This document shows positions 31,875 through 40,345 of a stretch of 44,548 nucleotides of DNA, in pieces. The notes beneath the pieces are model-generated. The model worked only from the letters and a program-made list of their open reading frames with translations, was not told where the DNA came from and made no database searches. The position numbers were made by a program, and so were the translations under genes. Origin of the DNA: Candidatus Woesearchaeota archaeon. GTDB taxonomy: Archaea > Nanobdellota > Nanobdellia > UBA10117 > JABICX01. The DNA lies in contig CAZGVA010000001.1 of NCBI GenBank assembly GCA_964528765.1, positions 1-44,548 on the forward strand, given 5' to 3'. Position 1 is the stretch's first letter. Each line of letters starts with the position of its first letter.

Positions 31875-32390
31875 TTATGCTTGAACAACTTTACATGCAA
31901 TTGGAAATTTAGCTGAAGCTTTTCTCAGTGCATTTTTTGCATGAACTGCACCATTTTCTGGAACATCTACTGAAAAAATAACTTTTCCTTTTTTAGCAGG
32001 ACAAGAACGACCAATTGGCTTACCAAAAGAATTTCGCATTCCAGTCTGCATTCTATCTGCTCCAGCACCAGTAGCTAAAGCATTTTCTCGCATAATATGA
32101 TGTGGAAAAGCATGGACATGCATTGCAAAACCTCTTTTACCATATTGTTTAGCAAGAGTATGTGTTGCAGTCATTCTACCTGCTTCTAAAGCATTGTGCC
32201 TTAAATTAATATCTTTAGTAGCAATTAACTTGAATTTTAATGGAAACTTATCTTGAAGATTGCCTGAATCTAATAAATGTAATTTTGAGCCCGGTACTCC
32301 CTTAATAAACGATTTTCGCTTATACTTAGACATTCGAGTATATGCTCGTTTAATTCTTCGGTATGCATTGGCATTTCTTAGTTTGGCCAT
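31875..32390 (-). CDS. rpl10e: 50S ribosomal protein uL16 (L10e type)
   Basis: AYRRIKRAYTRMSKYKRKSFIKGVPGSK...RHNALEAGRMTA...FHMRVHAFPHH-like (FAMHVHAFPHHIMRENA...GAGADRMQTGMR.SFGKP). Typical archaeal/eukaryotic L10e, 171 aa. Confidence 0.9.
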   Translation of the reverse strand: MAKLRNANAYRRIKRAYTRMSKYKRKSFIKGVPGSKLHLLDSGNLQDKFPLKFKLIATKDINLRHNALEAGRMTATHTLAKQYGKRGFAMHVHAFPHHIMRENALATGAGADRMQTGMRNSFGKPIGRSCPAKKGKVIFSVDVPENGAVHAKNALRKASAKFPIACKVVQA

Positions 32391-32485
32391 AGAGTATTCG
32401 TTGAATTTAGTTTTTAAATGTTACTATATTAGGTTCTACGCTAATCTTGCGGAAATATTATATAATATGGTGTAGCACATAACTT

Positions 32486-32689
32486 ATGGATCATCAAGCT
32501 GAAGCATTTGCTGAAGTATCGTATAGCTTAGTTATTTTCGCTATTGCGTTAGTTGCATGGGGTGTTGCACAATTATTAGTTTTAGATACACTTATTGCGC
32601 AATGGATGGCCGGTGTTCTAGTTTTTTTAACTGTAATGACAAGCGTTGCAGCAATTGTTCATTATTGGCGATATGGCCAGCATAAGTAG
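32486..32689 (+). CDS. small two-TM membrane protein, 67 aa
   Basis: Two hydrophobic helices (SLVIFAIALVAWGVAQLLVL, MAGVLVFLTVMTSVAAIV). Sits 49 nt upstream of the 799-aa gene on the same strand. Confidence 0.45.
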   Translation: MDHQAEAFAEVSYSLVIFAIALVAWGVAQLLVLDTLIAQWMAGVLVFLTVMTSVAAIVHYWRYGQHK

Positions 32690-32738
32690 AAATTGAAACA
32701 TTTAAAACAGTTACTTAAGTCATAATATATCCCTTAAT

Positions 32739-35138
32739 ATGACAAATAGGTACTACTCACTAAGAGAATTTAGTACAATTGCAAAGCTAGCAGAGCTTTC
32801 AAAAAAAGCGGGTTTTGATTTTATTTTCAATTTTAATTTAGGTAAATTTGAGTGCAAACAAATTCAGATTAATAAAACTCAATCAAACTTAGTTAATGTT
32901 GATGCTGAAGAATTTACTGACCAAGTTAGTTTAATGAGAGATTTTGCATTGACTAATGACGTTCCATTTAATATTAGATATTTTGCAGGTCAAAATGAAG
33001 CTAATCCTACTTTTTCACAGTTCTTTGATAGTTCTTTTACCACTAAAACACCTGAACAAGCAAATCCGGGGCGTATGAGAAAATTTATTGAAAAATTAAA
33101 ATCACCTACTGCCCTAAAAGCATATAGCCTAGGTGCAGTTGGGCTTATGGTAATAAGTCCGATGCTAAGCCCGATATTTGCTTTAGTTAAAGATTATTTT
33201 TCAAATGATTCTGATAAAGTGATTGATACTAAAACAAGTCATGAAACTTTGGAGATTAATGATTATATTGATATAAATGCAGAAGGCAATCGTCAGATTA
33301 CAGATAATACCTCGACCAATTTAGTTGAAATGCTTGATTCAACTCCCGGAAGATTATTTGATCATATGATTGAAAAAGATGGTTATCTCTATATATCCGA
33401 TAGTGGCTTAAAAATATTAAACATAAGCGACCCTGCAAATATTGACATAATTGGTAATTATTCTTCAGAAAACTCAATGGAAGTAATTTTATCTGGAAAA
33501 ACAGCCTATTTATTTGACAAAGTTGATGGAGATTGGGGTATATCAAAAATTGATATAAGTGATCCAACATCACCGAATTTAGATCAAAGAAAAATAATTT
33601 CAAATGATTACCTCGGATTAGTTAGACTAAGTAACGATAAATTACTCGTAAGAAATATTTATATGAATGGCGAAAGCTTAATTTTGGATAATAATTTAAA
33701 TGAAATAAGTAGCACTACAAAAAATATCCTAAATCCGAACAATAATCAAAATAAATTATATGAAATCGAAGTTCTGAATACAACGCAAGTACGTTTGCAC
33801 ACAATAGATAGTTCGCTGAATCGAATTGCTTCATCAAATACTGTTGAAAAACCTGAAAGTTCAATATTTATTTCAGTAAATTATATTGATAATAAATTAA
33901 TATTCACTACTGGGTCAGACTATTACACAAATCAAAGCTCAACAAGTATTTTTGAAGAAAAAGATAATAAATTAAATGAAATATCGCACGTTACGGATGG
34001 TCCAATTACTCTTGCAATTAAAAATTATTTACTTACGCAATATATTGATAATGAAAAACAAGGGGTAAGCTCAAGTTTATGGTCTACTAAAGACTCGGCA
34101 AATACCTATAAAACAAAAGAAAGTTTGCTTGGAAGTATTTTAGTTGAAGCAATTTCACCTGAAAGCGATATTATTATTGGTTTCAATAATACGCATTTTA
34201 TAACATATCGTCTAAATATGCCTAAAACAATCTCACCACAAGATTATACTATAACAAAAATTGACCCAATTGAGCCATTTACACAAGGTGATTTAATTGG
34301 TGTATTCAAATATGCGTTTGACCAATCAATTCAAGTTACACCTAAAGCAATAGATAATACAGTACATGGCGTGATTAAATCTAATAAATTAACCAATCTT
34401 CAATTAAATTTAGAAACACAAAATGGACAAAGTATTCCATTTGATATTATCCCAAATGAAGATGGAACATATGTTACACGCGTTGAAGCAGGCGAAATTA
34501 ACCTTAATTTTGCAGATTTATTAACTGGTACCGTCGGTTTAGGTGAAATACTAAATTCAGCCGTACAACAATATGGTGAATTAGAATACACCTTAAGTGG
34601 ATATGATAAAGAAGGTTTTTATTATCAATTAAAAACTGGCATACATCCGATAACTATTGAAGAAAATATTCGTGATTTGCAACAAAACCTCGGAGATAGT
34701 TCATATGGCGTATTTTATTGTCCAATTTATTTGCAAATTGTTTCACCTGATGGACAAAGAATAGGCCATTTTGATGGTGAAGATGTTACAGATATGTTAA
34801 ATAGCTTTTACTCTGGAAAAGATAGTCATCCGCAATTTTTCTTTACACCCAATGAAAATATACAACTAGCCAGTATCGCGTATGATTCGGGTCAAGTAGA
34901 TGGACGAGTTTTTGCTGAAAAAAATAATAACTTTAATTCAAATTCAGTTTCGCATACCGTAACTGCTGGTCAGAAAACCTCTTACGATTTACCAAAAGCA
35001 CCTGATAACAATACAAATCAAATTAATATAATGCCAATTGCAATTGGCGCAGGTATTGTCGGCGTAGGTGCTGCAAAATTATATTCAAATCGGAAAAAGA
35101 AAGCTAGTCATAAAATTGATCATAATCGTCACAAGTAA
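32739..35138 (+). CDS. LVIVD-repeat (beta-propeller-like) surface protein, 799 aa, with an internal TM near aa 130-150 and a C-terminal TM anchor
   Basis: DGYLYISDSGLKILNISDPANIDIIGNY and AYLFDKVDGDWGISKIDISDPTSPNL match the LVIVD repeat pattern (a.vad...GL.i.DiSdP..P). TM helices: LGAVGLMVISPMLSPIFALV and IMPIAIGAGIVGVGAAKLY, followed by RKKK. Confidence 0.5.
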   Translation: MTNRYYSLREFSTIAKLAELSKKAGFDFIFNFNLGKFECKQIQINKTQSNLVNVDAEEFTDQVSLMRDFALTNDVPFNIRYFAGQNEANPTFSQFFDSSFTTKTPEQANPGRMRKFIEKLKSPTALKAYSLGAVGLMVISPMLSPIFALVKDYFSNDSDKVIDTKTSHETLEINDYIDINAEGNRQITDNTSTNLVEMLDSTPGRLFDHMIEKDGYLYISDSGLKILNISDPANIDIIGNYSSENSMEVILSGKTAYLFDKVDGDWGISKIDISDPTSPNLDQRKIISNDYLGLVRLSNDKLLVRNIYMNGESLILDNNLNEISSTTKNILNPNNNQNKLYEIEVLNTTQVRLHTIDSSLNRIASSNTVEKPESSIFISVNYIDNKLIFTTGSDYYTNQSSTSIFEEKDNKLNEISHVTDGPITLAIKNYLLTQYIDNEKQGVSSSLWSTKDSANTYKTKESLLGSILVEAISPESDIIIGFNNTHFITYRLNMPKTISPQDYTITKIDPIEPFTQGDLIGVFKYAFDQSIQVTPKAIDNTVHGVIKSNKLTNLQLNLETQNGQSIPFDIIPNEDGTYVTRVEAGEINLNFADLLTGTVGLGEILNSAVQQYGELEYTLSGYDKEGFYYQLKTGIHPITIEENIRDLQQNLGDSSYGVFYCPIYLQIVSPDGQRIGHFDGEDVTDMLNSFYSGKDSHPQFFFTPNENIQLASIAYDSGQVDGRVFAEKNNNFNSNSVSHTVTAGQKTSYDLPKAPDNNTNQINIMPIAIGAGIVGVGAAKLYSNRKKKASHKIDHNRHK

Positions 35139-35628
35139 ATTCATATGCTAAACCATCTAGTTTTATTTCTGTAACTATTTTAAACTGCTTAGAATCGCGT
35201 ATTACAGATAACTTATCTGAATCGCTAACTACTAATGTAAACGTAGCACCGTCTTTTTTAAAAGTAATTCCTGGGTATTGAATAGTTAAACCCATATTTT
35301 CTGACCGCAAATCATCAGGGGTTTCAAAATCGATTTCATTTATGTCCAACGTCTCAAACCCTGCTAAATTAGTTTCGCAACTACCTTCGAAGTCATCTAG
35401 ATAAGCGTCCATAACTTGTAAAGCTGAATATTTCATATATTTTTCTAAATAAAATCGTGCACCTTCAGCAACAGTATAACTGTTTAGTAAATGTATTTGG
35501 TCTGCCCCAATTTCAGTTGTTTCAGTTAAAGCTAAATTATTTGAGCGAATAAATACAATTGCAACGAATATTAAAATAAACATAATTCCAATATCAATCA
35601 GTGACCCTTTTTTATTCAGAGTTATCAA
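35104..35628 (-). CDS. prepilin-like (class III signal peptide) protein, 174 aa
   Basis: MITLNKKG-SLIDIGIMFILIFVAIVFI. Overlaps the upstream gene by 17 nt. Confidence 0.6.
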   Translation of the reverse strand: MITLNKKGSLIDIGIMFILIFVAIVFIRSNNLALTETTEIGADQIHLLNSYTVAEGARFYLEKYMKYSALQVMDAYLDDFEGSCETNLAGFETLDINEIDFETPDDLRSENMGLTIQYPGITFKKDGATFTLVVSDSDKLSVIRDSKQFKIVTEIKLDGLAYEFTCDDYDQFYD

Positions 35629-36070
35629 TTAAACCGACCTCCAAATTTCTCCCATCTTCTATTGTTGGTAGATATTGTGTGCAAAATGGTTTTGTATAAT
35701 CACCAATACCTGCGTACATTTCAATAATATTTTCTTGGACGATTATATTATCCTCATCTACATCTTGCGTACCATATATGCCTGCCAATATCTCATTAGC
35801 TTTGTCAATAATAATATCCTGTTCATCTGAATCAGACATTGCCAAAGCATCTGCAAAATCATATTCCGCATATCCCTCATCTAATTGAACGGGTGAACGT
35901 AACATGCTTAAAAGAGTTACATCACAACCCTGAAACCGCGTAGCACCTTCTACTAAATAATAAAATTCCAAGTTAGTATTTGGTCTCATAATCATAACAC
36001 TTATACCCATTAATCCAATAATTATAATTGAAAAAAGAAATGTTGCTAAATCAAAATTACCTTTTTTCAT
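35612..36070 (-). CDS. prepilin-like protein, 152 aa
   Basis: MKKG-NFDLATFLFSIIIIGLMGISVMI. ATGA overlap with the upstream gene. Confidence 0.6.
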   Translation of the reverse strand: MKKGNFDLATFLFSIIIIGLMGISVMIMRPNTNLEFYYLVEGATRFQGCDVTLLSMLRSPVQLDEGYAEYDFADALAMSDSDEQDIIIDKANEILAGIYGTQDVDEDNIIVQENIIEMYAGIGDYTKPFCTQYLPTIEDGRNLEVGLIDNSE

Positions 36071-36564
36071 AAAATGACCTCCAGTGTACCTGTTTTCAAT
36101 ATATTATTTTCCCAATAATTAACCACATATATTTGTGGTTCAGATTTTAGTTTTTCTGCAGTCCAACGTATTGTACTAGTTCCATCTTGTTCAGTTAAGG
36201 TTAGTTTAAACTTTGCTGAACCATCTTTAGTTAAACATGAAAGAATATTACTCTTAGTAAACTTCTCCAAGTCAATAATACCTGCATGAACAAAATTATT
36301 GTCATCTTGATATGCTAAACATTCAGGTGCAGTAATAATCCGAGTAGCTTTAATATCATACGTAAGCTCACTTAGTGAAAAGCCAGTTACAACAAAATAA
36401 TCTTGAATTAATGGGTTAATTAACATTATCACACCAAATACAAAAACACCCATAGATCCAATTAATGAAATTAATTTAACTTCCCAACCCTGACCTTTTT
36501 TACCTTTAATTAACATTTTAGAAAATATTGAACTATTTGAATAAGTTGAATGTTTCACCTCCAC
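36067..36564 (-). CDS. prepilin-like protein, 165 aa (more likely starts at internal Met, 36516)
   Basis: ..MLIKGKKGQG-WEVKLISLIGSMGVFVFGVIMLI. Confidence 0.6.
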   Translation of the reverse strand: MEVKHSTYSNSSIFSKMLIKGKKGQGWEVKLISLIGSMGVFVFGVIMLINPLIQDYFVVTGFSLSELTYDIKATRIITAPECLAYQDDNNFVHAGIIDLEKFTKSNILSCLTKDGSAKFKLTLTEQDGTSTIRWTAEKLKSEPQIYVVNYWENNILKTGTLEVIL

Positions 36565-37513
36565 AATCTACTCCAATACGAATATTTCCCGCAGATTTTC
36601 TAAATGCAATATTTTCGGGATATTCATAAGTATTCTTGCTCTTACCATATATATGACTCATAGCTTCATTTGTTGCTTTGTCTAAGGTAATGTCATCATC
36701 GCCAAGATAATACTTATTAATTCCATCAACCACCTTCCGAGTTACCTCACCCCCGATTTTTTCCGCGTTGTCAACCAATCCTGCTGCGCAAAAATCTTCA
36801 AAACCGATATAAATACAACGATTTGGATAATTATAATAGATTAACTCGGACTTAGAAAATTTTGAACTTTTTCTTTGTTCATTGATAAGTGCAATCGCTT
36901 TTTCTGAAGAGGAAAAACCCGTAATGCTCATAAGTTTATTTTGTTCTGATTTTTCTTCAAGTAAATATTTATCAGAAAAATCAAGTTGATTATGATTTCC
37001 AACAACGAAACCTAGGATAGAAAATCGATCTCTTAGTTCGTTAATAATTTTTAAACCACTAATAAATACATCGCCTACTGCGGTCCCAACTTCAACTGCG
37101 CCATTATAAATAAATGCGGGTGCTACGCTTAATAACTCTTTAAATGTTTCAATTGTTTTCTGTTCCTGTTCTTCACAAATAGAAAAACGAGATACCGTAA
37201 CCTCATCATCATCTAATATTAATGATGCAACAATATATTCTCGATTTGTTGGGTTTAAACCTTGTGAGCCATCATCAGGGCTCCAGCTTGCCCAATGCAT
37301 AAAACTTTTTTTCCAATTATCTTTTGGAAAAGTGTATTGAACATATGTTTCTTCAGGAGCGGCAGCAACGGAATCCATAGTTAATGCAATATTTGTCGCA
37401 ATGTAGCCCGGTCCATGATCTGCCAGAAGTCCGATTTTTACACCTACAATAAGCACTACTCCTAAACCGAGTAGGATTGCAATAGTTACACCGACTTCTA
37501 ATACTGATCCCAT
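36533..37513 (-). CDS. prepilin-like / N-terminally anchored protein, 326 aa
   Basis: MG-SVLEVGVTIAILLGLGVVLIVGV. The ATG overlaps the stop of the 36-aa ORF (TAATG). Confidence 0.6.
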   Translation of the reverse strand: MGSVLEVGVTIAILLGLGVVLIVGVKIGLLADHGPGYIATNIALTMDSVAAAPEETYVQYTFPKDNWKKSFMHWASWSPDDGSQGLNPTNREYIVASLILDDDEVTVSRFSICEEQEQKTIETFKELLSVAPAFIYNGAVEVGTAVGDVFISGLKIINELRDRFSILGFVVGNHNQLDFSDKYLLEEKSEQNKLMSITGFSSSEKAIALINEQRKSSKFSKSELIYYNYPNRCIYIGFEDFCAAGLVDNAEKIGGEVTRKVVDGINKYYLGDDDITLDKATNEAMSHIYGKSKNTYEYPENIAFRKSAGNIRIGVDCGGETFNLFK

Positions 37514-37623
37514 TATTTAACGAAATTTAGTAAAACTGTACCCATAATAACTAGTACAGCCATAAATAATAACAAGTAAACAATCATTATTGGAAAATTA
37601 TCTGAACTTGCTTTTTGATTCAT
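37513..37623 (-). CDS. unlisted small membrane ORF, 36 aa
   Basis: Verified translation: MNQKASSDNFPIMIVYLLLFMAVLVIMGTVLLNFVK*. The stop overlaps the ATG of the 326-aa gene by 1 nt. A promoter-like 18-mer lies 16 nt upstream. Confidence 0.5.
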   Translation of the reverse strand: MNQKASSDNFPIMIVYLLLFMAVLVIMGTVLLNFVK

Positions 37624-37639
37624 ATAATAAAGAACATAT

Positions 37640-37657
37640 ATTTAATATAAACTCTTC
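37640..37657 (-). promoter_or_regulatory. BRE/TATA-like promoter element GAAGAGTTTATATTAAAT (copy A)
   Basis: 16 nt upstream of ATG 37623. TATA-like TTTATATT starts at -28. Confidence 0.45.
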
Positions 37658-37660
37658 GGA

Positions 37661-37768
37661 CTATTTAATTTGCATAAAAATATACCAAATAAAATACCCT
37701 GTAACTATTGCAAATAATATAAAAGAAATTTCCCAAACAGGTATATCTGATACGCCACGTTTTAACAT
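37661..37768 (-). CDS. unlisted small prepilin-like ORF, 35 aa
   Basis: Verified translation: MLKRG-VSDIPVWEISFILFAIVTGYFIWYIFMQIK*. The identical promoter-like 18-mer lies 16 nt upstream. Confidence 0.5.
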   Translation of the reverse strand: MLKRGVSDIPVWEISFILFAIVTGYFIWYIFMQIK

Positions 37769-37784
37769 AATAAATATGTCTGAA

Positions 37785-37802
37785 ATTTAATATAAACTCT
37801 TC
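37785..37802 (-). promoter_or_regulatory. BRE/TATA-like promoter element GAAGAGTTTATATTAAAT (copy B, identical to A)
   Basis: 16 nt upstream of ATG 37768. Confidence 0.45.
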
Positions 37803-37878
37803 TAAAACGTATCTACTAATTAGATGGGTGTTCTCACAAAAATAGATAGGTTTTTATGCGTTTTGTTCTTAGTTTTAT

Positions 37879-39222
37879 ATGATAGATACTACACTTACAA
37901 GTCATGAAACGCAAGCACAAGAGATAATAACTACTTATAATGCGCCATTTAAATTAGTTGGAAATCAAATTAGACATTTAGGAAATACTTCTGAGTTATA
38001 TCACAATGTAACTAAACTTCAAGACATTGCATTTAATACTCGAGATGAAAAAGGTAACAAAATACAATTAGAAGATGTTATGTTTGGCAAAGCATTTCAG
38101 CAAGCCATAGCTGAAAAAGATTCTTTAGAACTACCTGAACTTTTAATGGACAGCTTAAATAATGCTGAAGAAATGATTGAAAAATACAAGCTTCCTTGGA
38201 AAATAGAAGAAGTAACTGATCCAAATAGTGCGAATTACTCAATTGGTGAGCAACTTGTACATACTGGTAAAAATGGTTGGTTATATCAAGATGCTATGGA
38301 CCTCGTAGTTTTATGTAATACTGAAGGTTTGACTTTTGATGACCGAGCATTTGAACAAACTGCTTATTTTTCAGCAATTACTGAAGATAAAGCTTGGCAT
38401 AAAAAACAAATTCTTGCCGGAAATATAACTGAAACGGGTTATAAAACAAAAAAACCCAGTTTATTATCACGACTTTTCGGTGGACTAAAAAATACCTCAA
38501 AATCACCGATAGAAGGTCATTTTAAAGCAAATTATAATCAAAATCGTTCAGTCTCAGGTATATATTATCCAATAATCCCGAAAATTATTGATTCAATTAG
38601 TGATACATTGGCAACGCGCAAAGAATTTGCAAAACATGGCGTTGTTCAAACTGAACCTACGCACCAAAAAACTAAAGCAATTCTCGGAGCAGGATTATTT
38701 GCTAGTGCAACTGCAGTAACACTTACTGCAGGCTGTATTGAAAGTAATAGCCACTCGGATGATGAATATGTAGGTGAAGAATTTCATATTTGGAAAAACG
38801 CTGATCAACAATTTTTAAGTGGAACAACAATAAGATACGATAACGAGTTAGGAAAAACTATTGAACAAAGAAATGGGGTCCAAGAAGGAGACTCAGTAAT
38901 TGTTCATGGTAGCATTAACGTACTTGCGTTTGGGAATAATCGTGATTATACAGGTGATGGTGTCAATGATTCATATACATTTACCGGTTTTGTAACTCAT
39001 CAAGATAACTGTGAAATGGGCATATATGAATTTGGAAAACAAGATCGTAATACATCTCTTTGGTGGCAAATTAAACAAACTGTTAGGAAAGTAACTAATA
39101 ATGATACGCACATTATAATTGATATCCCATCAATACACGCAAATGACGATGAACGTCCAGATTTGTGGCAATATGTAAAGATAATTCCAGAAGATAATAA
39201 AACAAAACCTGTTGAATTGTAA
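37879..39222 (+). CDS. hypothetical membrane protein, 447 aa (soluble N-terminal ~270 aa, one TM followed by a Cys, ~150-aa C-terminal domain)
   Basis: The TM AILGAGLFASATAVTLTAGC resembles a lipobox-like LTAGC. No family recognised. TTTTTATG box at about -28. Confidence 0.55.
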   Translation: MIDTTLTSHETQAQEIITTYNAPFKLVGNQIRHLGNTSELYHNVTKLQDIAFNTRDEKGNKIQLEDVMFGKAFQQAIAEKDSLELPELLMDSLNNAEEMIEKYKLPWKIEEVTDPNSANYSIGEQLVHTGKNGWLYQDAMDLVVLCNTEGLTFDDRAFEQTAYFSAITEDKAWHKKQILAGNITETGYKTKKPSLLSRLFGGLKNTSKSPIEGHFKANYNQNRSVSGIYYPIIPKIIDSISDTLATRKEFAKHGVVQTEPTHQKTKAILGAGLFASATAVTLTAGCIESNSHSDDEYVGEEFHIWKNADQQFLSGTTIRYDNELGKTIEQRNGVQEGDSVIVHGSINVLAFGNNRDYTGDGVNDSYTFTGFVTHQDNCEMGIYEFGKQDRNTSLWWQIKQTVRKVTNNDTHIIIDIPSIHANDDERPDLWQYVKIIPEDNKTKPVEL

Positions 39223-39225
39223 AAT

Positions 39226-40143
39226 TTAGTCGTATTCTACAGGCCCAAGTGGAAATTTAAAACTATCTATAGATGGAAGTTCGAAGTTATTACTCTTAAT
39301 TGGGTCACCTACATAAACATATCCGTTTGATTTAAGCATATCACTTTTATCCATATTTATTGTCAATGGTCCACTTATTGAATCGTCATCAGAAAAACTT
39401 GCACTGAATCCTTTGAATAAACTATTATCTGAAGAAAACCATCCAATATATATTGGTGGCCAATTTTGAACAACAATATCTGCTGAGTATAAATGTTCTG
39501 CAATAGTTAAGTCACGATTATAATATGAACGAGTATAAGGCACCATCTCAAAAGTATTTGCATCAAATTGTGAAGAGTCACCCATATAAAAACAGTTTAT
39601 ATTTGTATAAGGTGTTTGTGATGATTTGTAAAAACATCGTTCAATTAAATGAAAATAAGTTTTTGCTGCAGAGCGTTTTTTCCATTCCAGACTATTTTTA
39701 TTGGATTTACAATTAGTTTTATATTGACATTCATCTGCATCATTTGAAGGACATTTACTTAAACTAAATCCCGTATCTTCACCAAAATCAATAAAATCAT
39801 TACAATCAACTTTATTATATGCGTCACCTATATCAATAGATTCCATATTACAAAAAAACAAAAGCTCACTTACAATAGCAGTAGTAACGACTCCACCAAC
39901 AGTGCCACCTGTGCCCATAAGTACTGAGTCTGAAACAACACCTGAGATTTGACCACCCATATTTTCAGCAAGTTCAACATTAAATCTACATGCACTATCT
40001 AACATGGTTCCACTTGCACGAGATACAACAAAAACTAAAACTGTAAAAATCAGAACTGCTCCAACAATTCCCAAGATAAGTAAACTACTGTGAGATAATG
40101 CATCACTTTCCTCACCTTTTTTATTCATTTTTTTAAATTTCAT
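39226..40143 (-). CDS. prepilin-like protein, 305 aa, Cys-containing ectodomain
   Basis: MKFKKMNKKG-EESDALSHSSLLILGIVGAVLIFTVLVFVV. The ATG overlaps the stop of the 49-aa ORF (TAATG). Confidence 0.6.
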   Translation of the reverse strand: MKFKKMNKKGEESDALSHSSLLILGIVGAVLIFTVLVFVVSRASGTMLDSACRFNVELAENMGGQISGVVSDSVLMGTGGTVGGVVTTAIVSELLFFCNMESIDIGDAYNKVDCNDFIDFGEDTGFSLSKCPSNDADECQYKTNCKSNKNSLEWKKRSAAKTYFHLIERCFYKSSQTPYTNINCFYMGDSSQFDANTFEMVPYTRSYYNRDLTIAEHLYSADIVVQNWPPIYIGWFSSDNSLFKGFSASFSDDDSISGPLTINMDKSDMLKSNGYVYVGDPIKSNNFELPSIDSFKFPLGPVEYD

Positions 40144-40292
40144 TATTTAAGAGCAGATAAAATAAACTCATCTACAGCAAATTTACTTGAATCAGAAAAA
40201 TAAACATACAACACGTACATAATCATAAATCCTGCAATCATGAGTAATATTTTAACAATTGTTCCAGAACTCATACCTGCTTGTCCTTTCAT
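40143..40292 (-). CDS. unlisted small prepilin-like ORF, 49 aa
   Basis: Verified translation: MKGQAG-MSSGTIVKILLMIAGFMIMYVLYVYFSDSSKFAVDEFILSALK*. A promoter-like 17-mer lies 17 nt upstream. Confidence 0.55.
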   Translation of the reverse strand: MKGQAGMSSGTIVKILLMIAGFMIMYVLYVYFSDSSKFAVDEFILSALK

Positions 40293-40309
40293 ATTTTACA
40301 ACACTTAAG

Positions 40310-40326
40310 TTTGTAATAAATGTTTC
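40310..40326 (-). promoter_or_regulatory. BRE/TATA-like element GAAACATTTATTACAAA (copy C)
   Basis: 17 nt upstream of ATG 40292. TATA-like box starts at -28. Confidence 0.4.
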
Positions 40327-40345
40327 GTAATATAATATTACCCAA

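Noticed and set aside
37590-37790. The plus-strand 66-aa ORF from the track.
   Set aside because: It starts at a TTG and has no promoter-like box at the right distance. It overlaps two minus-strand micro-ORFs that have ATG starts, hydrophobic helices and identical upstream 18-mers.
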